Source: Faecousia sp.
GTDB lineage: Bacteria > Bacillota > Clostridia > Oscillospirales > Oscillospiraceae
Assembly (NCBI GenBank): GCA_045539075.1
Contig: JAZQEP010000034.1
Span: 32,856-96,855, forward strand
DNA length: 64,000 nt
Reading direction: 5' to 3'
In this document: one piece after another, positions 56,403 to 64,000 of the stretch
How positions within the stretch are numbered: the first letter of the stretch is position 1
Layout: the number at the start of each line of letters is the position of its first letter
Notes under the pieces: model-generated
The model's database searches: none
The model's input: the letters and a program-made list of their open reading frames with translations, nothing else
Told to the model about the DNA's origin: nothing
Program-made: the position numbers and the translations under genes

Positions 56403-58463
56403 TTAAATCTTCATGCAAACGTCCCAGGCACCCCAGATGACGCTGCGCAGATTGCCCACCTTGTCGGCATCGCCGATAATGTGGACATGTTTTGCCTTGG
56501 GAGCCAGAGGTGCGGGCTTGTAGCCCACGGACAGGATCACGTTGTCCGCTGCGATCTTGTAGACCATGCCGTTCTTGTCCTTGACCATGACGCCGTCATC
56601 CTGAATCTCGGTGACGCTGGTTTCCAGATGGACAGGAACCTTGTTGGCCTTGAAGAAGTCACGGAGGAAAGAGGTATTTGCCAGGCAGATACCGGGGGTG
56701 CAGACCAGGTCGTCCAGCATTTCCACGATGGTGGGCTTCTTTCCCTGGAGGTAAAGCTCATAAGCGATCTCGCAGCCCGTCAGACCACCGCCAATGATGG
56801 TGACGTTTTCGCCAACTTCCTTGTTGCCGAGCAGGAAGTCGCAGGCTTCGATACCCTTGTCAAAACCGGGGATGGGAATACGGTTGGCCTTGGCACCGGT
56901 GGCGATGATGATCTCATCGGCCTGGACCTGGGAAAGATCCTTGACCTCGCTGTTCAGCTTCACAGTAATGGGATAGCGGGTGATCTCCCGGCGGTACCAG
57001 GCGATCAGATCCCGATCCTTCTCCTTGAAAGAGGGGGCAGCGGCAGCGATAAACACACCGCCCAGCTTATCAGACTTTTCATACAGGGTGACCTTGTGCC
57101 CCCGCTTGGCAAGGACAATGGCAGCTTCCATACCGCCAATGCCGCCACCGATGACGGCCACGTTCTTGACCTTCTTTGCAGGCTTAATGTAGTGCTTCTT
57201 GCTCTGCATGGTCTCGGCGTTGATGGCGCAGCGGGCCAGTCCCATGGTATCCGTCAGGTCCTGGGTATTATAGTGGCCCTTGGAGGAGGAGAAGTTGAAG
57301 CAGCCGCTGTGACAGCAGATGCAGGGCTTGATATCTTCAATGCGGTCTTCGATCAGCTTGGTGATCCATGCGGGATCTGCCAGGAACTGACGGGCAACAC
57401 CCATGCCGTCGATCTTACCTTCGGCGATGGCCTGGGCGGCTACATCCGGCTCCATACGGCCGGCGCAGACCACGGGAATATCCACAAACTTCTTGATATG
57501 GGCTACGTCGTCTAAGTTGCAGTTCTGGGGCATGTACATGGGCGGATGGGCCCAGTACCAGCTATCGTAGGTGCCGTTGTCGGCATTCAGCATATCGTAG
57601 CCGCAGTTCTGCAGGTACTTGGCGGCCCGCTCGGATTCTTCCATATTCCGGCCCAGTTCCTTGGCATCCTCACCGGGGACGATGCCTTCGGCGAAGCCCT
57701 TCAGCTTGGATTCGACGCTGTAGCGCAGGGAAACGGGGAAGTCACTGCCGCACTCAGCTTTGATAGCCTTGACGACTTCCGCGGCGAAGCGGTAGCGGTT
57801 TTCGAAACTGCCGCCGTATTCGTCGGTACGCTTGTTGAAGAACTCAATGGCGAACTGGTCCAGCAGGTAACCTTCGTGGACGGCGTGGACCTCCACACCG
57901 TCTACGCCTGCGTCCATGCACAGCTTGGCGGTCTTGGCGAAGGCTTCGATAATCTCGTGGATCTGCTCCTTGGTCATTTCCGGGCAGATGATGTCCGGAG
58001 CCCAGCGGTTGGGCTGGGGAGAGGGACAGGCCAGCTCATGGCTGGTGTCGATGACAGGCTTGACAATGGCACGGGTGAGCTTGTTCTTGTGCAGAGGTCC
58101 GATCAGCTCGGTGATGGCCCAGCTGCGGCCCATGCCGGCGGTGAGCTGGATGAAGAGCTTGGCGCCGGGCTTATGGATCTCATCCATAAAGACCTTCAGC
58201 TCTTCAAACATCTTGGGATTCTGCCACAGCCACTTACCCCAGAAGGTATCCCGCAGGGGAGCAATGCCGGGGATGATCAGGCCCACGTTGTTGTTTGCCC
58301 GCTCCAGGAAGAGCTTGGCGGCTTCCTTGTCAAAGCCGCAGCCGGTGAGTTCAAACCAGCCGAAGAGGGAAGTACCGCCCATGGGACACATGACGATGCG
58401 GTTCTTGATTTCCACATTGCCGATCTTCCAGGGGGTAAACAAAGCTTCATACTTTTGATCCAT
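56403..58463 (-). CDS. OYE-like FMN domain fused to FAD/NAD(P) oxidoreductase (2-enoate reductase / 2,4-dienoyl-CoA reductase family)
   Basis: 686 aa from ATG 58463, with AAGGAG RBS. Cys cluster CICCHSGC...C and GGGIGGMEAA dinucleotide motif. TTGACA-17-TATACT promoter. Confidence 0.85.
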   Translation of the reverse strand: MDQKYEALFTPWKIGNVEIKNRIVMCPMGGTSLFGWFELTGCGFDKEAAKLFLERANNNVGLIIPGIAPLRDTFWGKWLWQNPKMFEELKVFMDEIHKPGAKLFIQLTAGMGRSWAITELIGPLHKNKLTRAIVKPVIDTSHELACPSPQPNRWAPDIICPEMTKEQIHEIIEAFAKTAKLCMDAGVDGVEVHAVHEGYLLDQFAIEFFNKRTDEYGGSFENRYRFAAEVVKAIKAECGSDFPVSLRYSVESKLKGFAEGIVPGEDAKELGRNMEESERAAKYLQNCGYDMLNADNGTYDSWYWAHPPMYMPQNCNLDDVAHIKKFVDIPVVCAGRMEPDVAAQAIAEGKIDGMGVARQFLADPAWITKLIEDRIEDIKPCICCHSGCFNFSSSKGHYNTQDLTDTMGLARCAINAETMQSKKHYIKPAKKVKNVAVIGGGIGGMEAAIVLAKRGHKVTLYEKSDKLGGVFIAAAAPSFKEKDRDLIAWYRREITRYPITVKLNSEVKDLSQVQADEIIIATGAKANRIPIPGFDKGIEACDFLLGNKEVGENVTIIGGGLTGCEIAYELYLQGKKPTIVEMLDDLVCTPGICLANTSFLRDFFKANKVPVHLETSVTEIQDDGVMVKDKNGMVYKIAADNVILSVGYKPAPLAPKAKHVHIIGDADKVGNLRSVIWGAWDVCMKI

Positions 58464-58659
58464 GAAAACACTCCTTTTCTGTATCGATAGGATAGTATCA
58501 GTATATCGAAATCTCATTGTAATGTCAACGTTTGATAGTGGCAACAATGCTGGGCCTTGAAGATAACGGGTCTATATGCTATAATAAATAAGAAAAGTGA
58601 GCCTTGGGTGCTTCCGCACCGTTGCGGAAAACATGAATTTTACAAAGGGGTGTGTGCTT

Positions 58660-58836
58660 ATGAAAAAGAGAATGCCTGTGATTTGTGCTGGAATTGGCGG
58701 CGCTATGATTGGCCATTGGGCTTGGTATTTGGATACCATTTTTGGAAGCTTGTTTTTCACACTCGGCATCATTTTGCTTGTAGGTTCGTGGATTTCAGAT
58801 GCAAGAAATAAGAAAAAAGATAAAGAAGAAAAGTAA
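58660..58836 (+). CDS. 58-aa small membrane protein
   Basis: MKKRMPVICAGIGGAMIGHWAWYLDTIFGSLFFTLGIILLVGSWISDARNKKKDKEEK. TTGAAG-17-TATAAT promoter. Confidence 0.55.
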   Translation: MKKRMPVICAGIGGAMIGHWAWYLDTIFGSLFFTLGIILLVGSWISDARNKKKDKEEK

Positions 58837-58984
58837 TTTCCGTTTTGTTGAATGGTTTGATTGACGCAAGCGGATATCGACTACCGTTATCATTCCAAGG
58901 GAGGACAGGTGTAAGGGAATCTTCGCTTGGAGAATAGTGCCATGTCACGAGTCGTGATTTCCCATCCTTGCAATGACATTCAAA

Positions 58985-59021
58985 AACATGAAAACGCCAG
59001 ACTGGTTTCAGCCTGGCGTTT
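58985..59021 (-). terminator. terminator of glyA
   Basis: AAACGCCAG / CTGGCGTTT stem followed by a U-run on the minus strand. Confidence 0.75.
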
Positions 59022-59028
59022 CGAATTT

Positions 59029-60282
59029 TTACTTGTAGAGAGGGAACTTTTCGCAGATTTCGCTAACAGTAGCTCTTACCTGAGCCTGGGTGCCCTCAAA
59101 GTCCCGGGCGGTCATGCCGATGCACTTGGCGATGACCTTCATTTCCTCCTGACCCAGGCCACGGGTGGTGACTGCAGCGGTGCCCAGACGGACACCGGAG
59201 GTGACGGTGAACTTCTCAGGATCGCCGGGGATGGAGTTCTTGTTCAGGGTGATGTGGTTCTCGTCCAGACGAGCCTGCAGCTCCTTGCCGGTGATGTGCA
59301 GGGGGCGCAGGTCAGCCAGCATCAGATGGTTGTCAGTGCCGCCAGTGATCAGGTCGAAGCCCTCGTCCAGCATGCCCTGGGCCAGGACCTTGGCGTTGCT
59401 TACCACATTGGCCGCGTAAGTCTTGAATTCCGGCTGCATTGCCTCCTGGAAGCAGATGGCCTTGGCGGCGATGACGTGTTCCAGAGGACCGCCCTGAATG
59501 CCGGGGAATACGGCGGAGTTGATCTTCTTGGCAAATTCTTCTTTGCCCAGGATCAGGCCGCCACGGGGGCCCCGGAGTGTCTTATGGGTGGTGGTGGTGA
59601 CCACGTCGGCGTAGGGGATGGGACTCATGTGGGCGCCGCCGGCCACCAGACCGGCAATATGCGCCATATCCACCATGAACACGGCACCCACCTCATGGGC
59701 GATATCAGCGAAGATAGAAAAATCGATGGCCCGGGGATAGGCAGAAGCGCCTGCGATCAGCAGCTTGGGCCGGTTCTTTTTGGCGATGTCCCGGATCTCG
59801 TCGTAGTCGATGAGGCCGGTCTCGTGATTCACGTCATAGGATACCACGTTGAAATACTTGCCGGAGATATTGGCAGGGCTGCCGTGGGACAGGTGGCCGC
59901 CGTTGGCCAGGCTCATGCCCATCATGGTATCGCCGGGCTGCAGGAAGGCCAGCTGCACGGCCATATTGGCCTGAGCGCCGGAGTGGGGCTGAACATTGGC
60001 GAAATCCGCACCAAAGAGGGCCTTTGCCCGCGCAATTGCCAGATTTTCCAATTCATCCACATATTCACAGCCGCCGTAGTAGCGCTTGCCAGGCAGACCT
60101 TCGGCATATTTATTGGTCAGAATGGAACCCATGGCGGCAATGACGGCGGGGGAGGCCAGGTTTTCGGAGGCGATCAGCTCCAGACCGTCCTGCTGGCGGA
60201 TCAGTTCCCGGTTCATCATGGCGGCGATTTCAGAATCGTATTGAGAAATAAAACCGATGGAATCAATAGGCTTACCGTACAT
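59029..60282 (-). CDS. glyA: serine hydroxymethyltransferase
   Basis: LELIASEN motif. 417 aa from ATG 60282, with an AGAGGGA RBS. The track ORF to 60459 reads through the leader. Confidence 0.93.
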   Translation of the reverse strand: MYGKPIDSIGFISQYDSEIAAMMNRELIRQQDGLELIASENLASPAVIAAMGSILTNKYAEGLPGKRYYGGCEYVDELENLAIARAKALFGADFANVQPHSGAQANMAVQLAFLQPGDTMMGMSLANGGHLSHGSPANISGKYFNVVSYDVNHETGLIDYDEIRDIAKKNRPKLLIAGASAYPRAIDFSIFADIAHEVGAVFMVDMAHIAGLVAGGAHMSPIPYADVVTTTTHKTLRGPRGGLILGKEEFAKKINSAVFPGIQGGPLEHVIAAKAICFQEAMQPEFKTYAANVVSNAKVLAQGMLDEGFDLITGGTDNHLMLADLRPLHITGKELQARLDENHITLNKNSIPGDPEKFTVTSGVRLGTAAVTTRGLGQEEMKVIAKCIGMTARDFEGTQAQVRATVSEICEKFPLYK

Positions 60283-60469
60283 AGGAAATTCCCTCTTTCT
60301 TTTATTTTTACAGGAAATCAAAAAAGCAGCCCCGGTGGGACTGCTGCACAGCAATACAGGAGTCCCAGAATCCGGCTGTGCCGGAGGTGCAGGTGAATAA
60401 ACTTGCTTTAGAGACTTCATTAGTGGATTATTCTCATAAATAGTATACATGAAACACAAAAAAAGTCAA
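60283..60469 (-). promoter_or_regulatory. glyA promoter and leader with terminator/antiterminator alternative (class not recognised)
   Basis: TTGACT-16-TATACT promoter (60442-60469). Terminator hairpin plus U6 at 60320-60347. The upstream UGGGACU (60361-60367) is complementary to AGUCCCA in the terminator 5' arm (60336-60342). Confidence 0.5.
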
Positions 60470-60494
60470 TGGAAATCCACGGATACTGGATATA

Positions 60495-61181
60495 ATGACT
60501 GAATATACAGACGAATGTCTTGCGGTGACGAACAGGATGGGATACAATAAGACCGAGGTGATCGCTATGATCGAAAAAGCGAAGAAATATGTGGTCAGCC
60601 TGCTTGGTAAGGATACATCCGGCCATGACCATCATCATGTTTTCCGGGTGCTGACGATGGCGGAGACTATTGCTGAGGAAGAAAGCAAAAAAACACCCAT
60701 GGATATGGATGTGGTCCGGCTGATGGCTCTGCTCCATGATGTGGATGATCATAAAATCTCTCCGCACACCGCCGAAAACCTGGACAATGCCAGAGCCTTT
60801 TTGCAGGAAAACTGGGTTCCCGCCCAGAAGGCGGACAAGATTCTGGAGGGAATCAAGAATCTTTCCTATAAGGGCGCCGGCGACACTGTTCCCGCATCTG
60901 CGGAAGGAAAATGCGTCCAGGACGCGGACCGTCTGGACGCATTGGGGGCTATTGGCATTGCCAGAACCTTTGCCTACGGCGGCAGCCGGGGCAGACCTAT
61001 CTATATCCCGGAGGATCCAGAGGGGAATTCGGGACACAGCATTGCTCATTTCTATGAAAAGCTGCTTCGGCTTAAGGATCTGATGAATACAGAAGCCGGA
61101 AAACATATGGCAGAGCATCGGCATGCCTTTATGGATCAGTTTTTGGAAGAATTCTATGGGGAATGGAATGGTGAAATCTGA
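60495..61181 (+). CDS. HD-domain phosphohydrolase
   Basis: HHHVFRV and LLHDVDD motifs. Confidence 0.85.
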   Translation: MTEYTDECLAVTNRMGYNKTEVIAMIEKAKKYVVSLLGKDTSGHDHHHVFRVLTMAETIAEEESKKTPMDMDVVRLMALLHDVDDHKISPHTAENLDNARAFLQENWVPAQKADKILEGIKNLSYKGAGDTVPASAEGKCVQDADRLDALGAIGIARTFAYGGSRGRPIYIPEDPEGNSGHSIAHFYEKLLRLKDLMNTEAGKHMAEHRHAFMDQFLEEFYGEWNGEI

Positions 61182-62018
61182 TTATCCGAATCGTCTTGCA
61201 TATCCACATTTGCGGCAGAGCTCCTCTGCCGCTTCTTTTTTAGTGAATCCTTCGTAGATGGCCTTGGCCCGGGGGGTTGCCAGGATAGAATCCAGGTCTT
61301 CATCAAATAGATTTCCGAGGGAAATATCACCCTCATGATCCAAACAGCAGGGAACCACCGTACCGTCGCAGAGAATACCAAGCTGATCCCGCAGACCGTA
61401 GCAGAAGACCCGGTTGCTTCCTTCCGGGGCGGTCAGGTCCGGCCAGTCGAATTTGTCGCCGTATTCCAGAAAGATCCGCTCACCGATCCTGTGTCCCTGG
61501 CGGTTGGATGTCCAGGGATGAGGAAAGGATTGCTCCATGGCAGTGAGAATCTGCTGATTCAGCGCATCCGCGCCGCCGTTGTTCCACAGCCGGTAGACCA
61601 CAAGCTTTTTCCCTTCAGCGGCCTTTCCAAAGGTGAAACAGTCGTGGAGGTATGTTTCAAAGGGAACGGACAAATCATTGGCTTCAAAGGCATGGAGGGA
61701 AATATTGACTTTATGCAACGCAGGGGCATTCAGAAGTATATCCTGTTGCCTTGCAAGCAGTGTGCCGTTGGTGGTCAGGATCACTTTAAAGCCATGCTCT
61801 CCTGCGATTGCAAGAAATTCAGCCAGATTGGGATGCAGCAGCGGCTCACCCATGATATGAAAATAGAGGTAGTCAGAATATGGGCGTAACTTGGGCATCA
61901 GGGCGGTGAATTCGTCCACTGTCATAATGTGTTTTTCCCGCTTCGTGCCGGGGCAAAAGGCGCAGGAGAGATTACAGATATTTGATATTTCCAGATAGAC
62001 TTTGTTGAAACGCTTCAT
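61182..62018 (-). CDS. radical SAM / SPASM-domain protein
   Basis: CNLSCAFCPG (CxxxCxxC) and a C-terminal Cys-rich VPCCLDHEG...CRKCGYA. ATG 62018. TTGACG-17-TGaTAAGAT promoter at 62041-62069. Confidence 0.85.
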   Translation of the reverse strand: MKRFNKVYLEISNICNLSCAFCPGTKREKHIMTVDEFTALMPKLRPYSDYLYFHIMGEPLLHPNLAEFLAIAGEHGFKVILTTNGTLLARQQDILLNAPALHKVNISLHAFEANDLSVPFETYLHDCFTFGKAAEGKKLVVYRLWNNGGADALNQQILTAMEQSFPHPWTSNRQGHRIGERIFLEYGDKFDWPDLTAPEGSNRVFCYGLRDQLGILCDGTVVPCCLDHEGDISLGNLFDEDLDSILATPRAKAIYEGFTKKEAAEELCRKCGYARRFG

Positions 62019-62067
62019 GGTGTTTCTCCGTTTTTTCTTTATCTTATCATGGATTGATTCCTTCGTC

Positions 62068-62103
62068 AAACCAAGAACGCCCCGCTTATATAAAGCGGGG
62101 CGT
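62068..62103 (-). terminator. terminator-like hairpin upstream of the radical SAM promoter
   Basis: ACGCCCCGCT / AGCGGGGCGT 10-bp stem, followed by U-rich sequence on the minus strand. Confidence 0.5.
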
Positions 62104-62414
62104 CCCTGGAAAGAAGAGAGGTAGAAAAGAGATGAAAGTGCAAGGACCTCACGGCTTGCCCTTGACTTCCATGGCTATACGATACCTCCTATATATGAAG
62201 ATGTAATCACGAAATTGAAAACGAAGTTCGACAAAATTATGAAGAAAACTTATTTCCGTGGAATGTGTTGGCACATTTGGAAAACAGGTAAACAGTGAAG
62301 TCCATTTCTTTTTAAGAGATGCTCTCAATTTTCAGTAAATTAACATTTGTCCGGCTTTACACGTTTCCGTTATGTGGTACAATATGATCATAAATTGATA
62401 TGAGGTGATGGATT

Positions 62415-63530
62415 ATGCAGGAAAAAATCCTTCGTCCCCGGGCGGAAGAACGCTATCGGGAGGAATTGGAAGCGCTGAAGCAATGGGATGCAGGCAATAA
62501 AAAGCCTGCAAACTGGATGCTGTCTCCCCGGACAGTGCGCATGTTTATTCTGGGTTCTCAGAAGCCCATTGTACATAATGGAAAACAAATCCTCATCGGT
62601 AAAAAGTACCTGGGTAACGATGCTTTGGTGGAGCGCTGCATTATCACTCTGGCGGGAAACCGGGGCTTGATGCTGGTGGGCGAGCCCGGTACCGCGAAAA
62701 CCATGCTCTCGGAGCTTCTCAGCGCGGCAATCAGCGGCTGCAGCACCAATACGGTCCAGGGAACCGCGGGTACTACCGAGGATATGATCAAATACAGCTG
62801 GAACTATGCCATGCTTCTGGCCAATGGCCCCAGCCGCGAAGCGCTGGTTCCCAGCCCCCTGTATGTGGGTATGGAGAAGGGAATCATCACACGTTTTGAG
62901 GAGATCACCCGTACCCCTGCGGAGGTTCAGGACAGTCTGATCAGTGTCCTCAGCGATAAAATCATGATGATTCCCGAACTGGGAGATGAGGGCCTTCTCT
63001 TTGCTCGGCCCGGATTCAATGTGATTGGCACTGCCAATACCCGGGACAAGGGTGTCAATGAGATGTCCAGCGCACTAAAACGCCGCTTCAATTTTGAAAC
63101 GGTTCAGCCCGTCCGGGATGTGGCGCTGGAAAAGCAGATCATTCTCAGCGAGGTGGGATCCCTGGCGATGGACGCCGGTATCGACCAGCCCCTGGACCGG
63201 GATGCTGCCCTGCTTCTGGCAACCACCTACCATGAGCTTCGGGAGGGTATCTCCTCAGAAGGCATGCGGATCGAAAAGCCTGCCGCTGTAATGAGTACCG
63301 CAGAGGCCATCTCTGTCTATTTCCAGACATTGATGAGTGCCTGGTATTACGGTGATGGGAAGATGGACGAGCATACCCTGGTTGAGAATCTGGTTGGCGC
63401 GGTTGCAAAGGAGTCCGGAGAGGACCTGAATAAAATTTCCAACTATTTCTCCACCGTTGTCCGGGAGAAATCCAGACGGGAGGGCGGCGCATGGACACGA
63501 TATTACGAGGCAAGAAGCCTTCTGAAATAA
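62415..63530 (+). CDS. MoxR-like AAA+ ATPase (AAA_5 type)
   Basis: Walker A GEPGTAKT, Walker B-like GIITRFEE, sensor GTANTRD, and ALKRRF. TTTACA-16-TGgTACAAT promoter. GAGGTG RBS. Confidence 0.85.
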   Translation: MQEKILRPRAEERYREELEALKQWDAGNKKPANWMLSPRTVRMFILGSQKPIVHNGKQILIGKKYLGNDALVERCIITLAGNRGLMLVGEPGTAKTMLSELLSAAISGCSTNTVQGTAGTTEDMIKYSWNYAMLLANGPSREALVPSPLYVGMEKGIITRFEEITRTPAEVQDSLISVLSDKIMMIPELGDEGLLFARPGFNVIGTANTRDKGVNEMSSALKRRFNFETVQPVRDVALEKQIILSEVGSLAMDAGIDQPLDRDAALLLATTYHELREGISSEGMRIEKPAAVMSTAEAISVYFQTLMSAWYYGDGKMDEHTLVENLVGAVAKESGEDLNKISNYFSTVVREKSRREGGAWTRYYEARSLLK

Positions 63531-64000
63531 TTCCGGTCAATTTAACTGATTCGGTTTTCTATTACCCGGTCCGCCACCACAGCCCGGTATGCGCCTGGCA
63601 TCTTCAGAAGGTCATCCGGCGATATCAGCCCAGGTGTATTCTGGTGGAGGGCCCGGAGAATGCAAATGACCTGGTCAGTGTATTGACCCACCCGGATACC
63701 CATACGCCCATCGCCCTTTACTATTCCTGCCGCGATGGCGAGGGTAAGCTGGATCCGGAGGGGAAGGAACGGTCTTACCGCTGTTATTACCCGTTCCTGG
63801 ATTGTTCTCCGGAATTGGTTGCGCTGCGTTCGGCAGCAGAACTGGGAATCCCGGCTAAGTTTATGGATCTGAGCTATGGCCAGATCCTGATGTCAACCGC
63901 CCGGCAGCGGGGGCTGCGCTCGGAAGCCGAGAGGCACAGTTATGCTTCGGACCGCTATCTGGCGCACAATGCCTTTCTGAAACTTCTGTGTGAAAAGGCC
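63491..64000 (+). CDS. 5' part of a DUF5682-like protein, open at the window end (not in ORF track)
   Basis: ATG 63491 is preceded by GGGAGGG (63478-63484). It overlaps the MoxR gene by 40 nt. 170 codons read without a stop to position 64000. N-terminus is FYYPVRHHSPVCAWHLQKVIRRYQPRCILVEGPENAND. Confidence 0.7.
   Translation, partial: MDTILRGKKPSEIIPVNLTDSVFYYPVRHHSPVCAWHLQKVIRRYQPRCILVEGPENANDLVSVLTHPDTHTPIALYYSCRDGEGKLDPEGKERSYRCYYPFLDCSPELVALRSAAELGIPAKFMDLSYGQILMSTARQRGLRSEAERHSYASDRYLAHNAFLKLLCEKA

Noticed and set aside
58927-60396. 489-aa plus-strand ORF opposite glyA.
   Set aside because: It is antisense to glyA, starts within the glyA terminator region and has no family motifs.
60283-60459. 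59-codon in-frame N-terminal extension of glyA suggested by the ORF track (476 aa).
   Set aside because: The extension contains a promoter -10 element, a terminator hairpin and a U6 tract. ATG 60282 has an RBS and gives a normal SHMT N-terminus before LELIASEN.
62132-62298. Two short plus-strand ORFs considered as RiPP precursors for the radical SAM/SPASM enzyme: MKVQGPHGLPLTSMAIRYLLYMKM (62132-62206) and the Trp/Cys-containing MKKTYFRGMCWHIWKTGKQ (62239-62298).
   Set aside because: They lie on the opposite strand and read away from the radical SAM gene. The second has no RBS. Precursors are normally co-directional and adjacent. They are kept only as something to test by conservation.
1-64000. 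Search for CRISPR arrays, transposases, integrases, prophage genes, retrons, toxin-antitoxin pairs and restriction-modification genes.
   Set aside because: None could be recognised by eye in any frame. The tRNA genes show no adjacent integrase or direct-repeat scars. By eye there is no obvious compositional break at the triad, but this was not computed.

Overview
The window looks like a chromosomal segment of a Gram-positive, Clostridia-like anaerobe. This is inferred by eye from sigma-A type TTGACA/TATAAT promoters, strong AGGAGG ribosome-binding sites, SpoIID-like and PG-binding genes, roughly mid-50s %GC and strong C-ending codon bias in housekeeping genes. About 65 protein genes, 4 tRNAs, one confidently recognisable riboswitch and many intrinsic terminators can be supported.

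Most genes are housekeeping:
- One-carbon, translation and central metabolism: fhs, gltX, trpS, glyA, pyk, asnB, a guaA-like gene, coaX, pgsA, a pdxK-like gene.
- Carbohydrate genes: two GH3 enzymes, a CE4 deacetylase, an esterase and HAD phosphatases.
- Export: two MATE exporters, and a two-component system next to a MacB-type ABC exporter.

The accessory or unusual content is:
1. A complete three-gene TerB-N/TerB-C + P-loop ATPase + DExH helicase operon at the left edge (51-5052). Its architecture matches the Shango-type anti-phage triad.
2. A MoxR-type AAA ATPase at the right edge, translationally coupled to an open-ended ORF with a DUF5682-like N-terminus that runs out of the window. The ORF track does not list this ORF.
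3. A ZTP (pfl-motif) riboswitch in front of a truncated trigger-factor paralogue plus fhs.
4. Two further terminator/antiterminator leaders of unrecognised class, upstream of a SAM methyltransferase and of glyA.
5. A split AcnX dehydratase plus enoate-reductase operon.
6. Several short genes missing from the ORF track (29 aa, 56 aa, 58 aa).
7. A monocistronic 460-aa orphan protein.

No CRISPR array, transposase, integrase or prophage gene was seen. Many long ORFs in the track are antisense shadows of real genes and were rejected.
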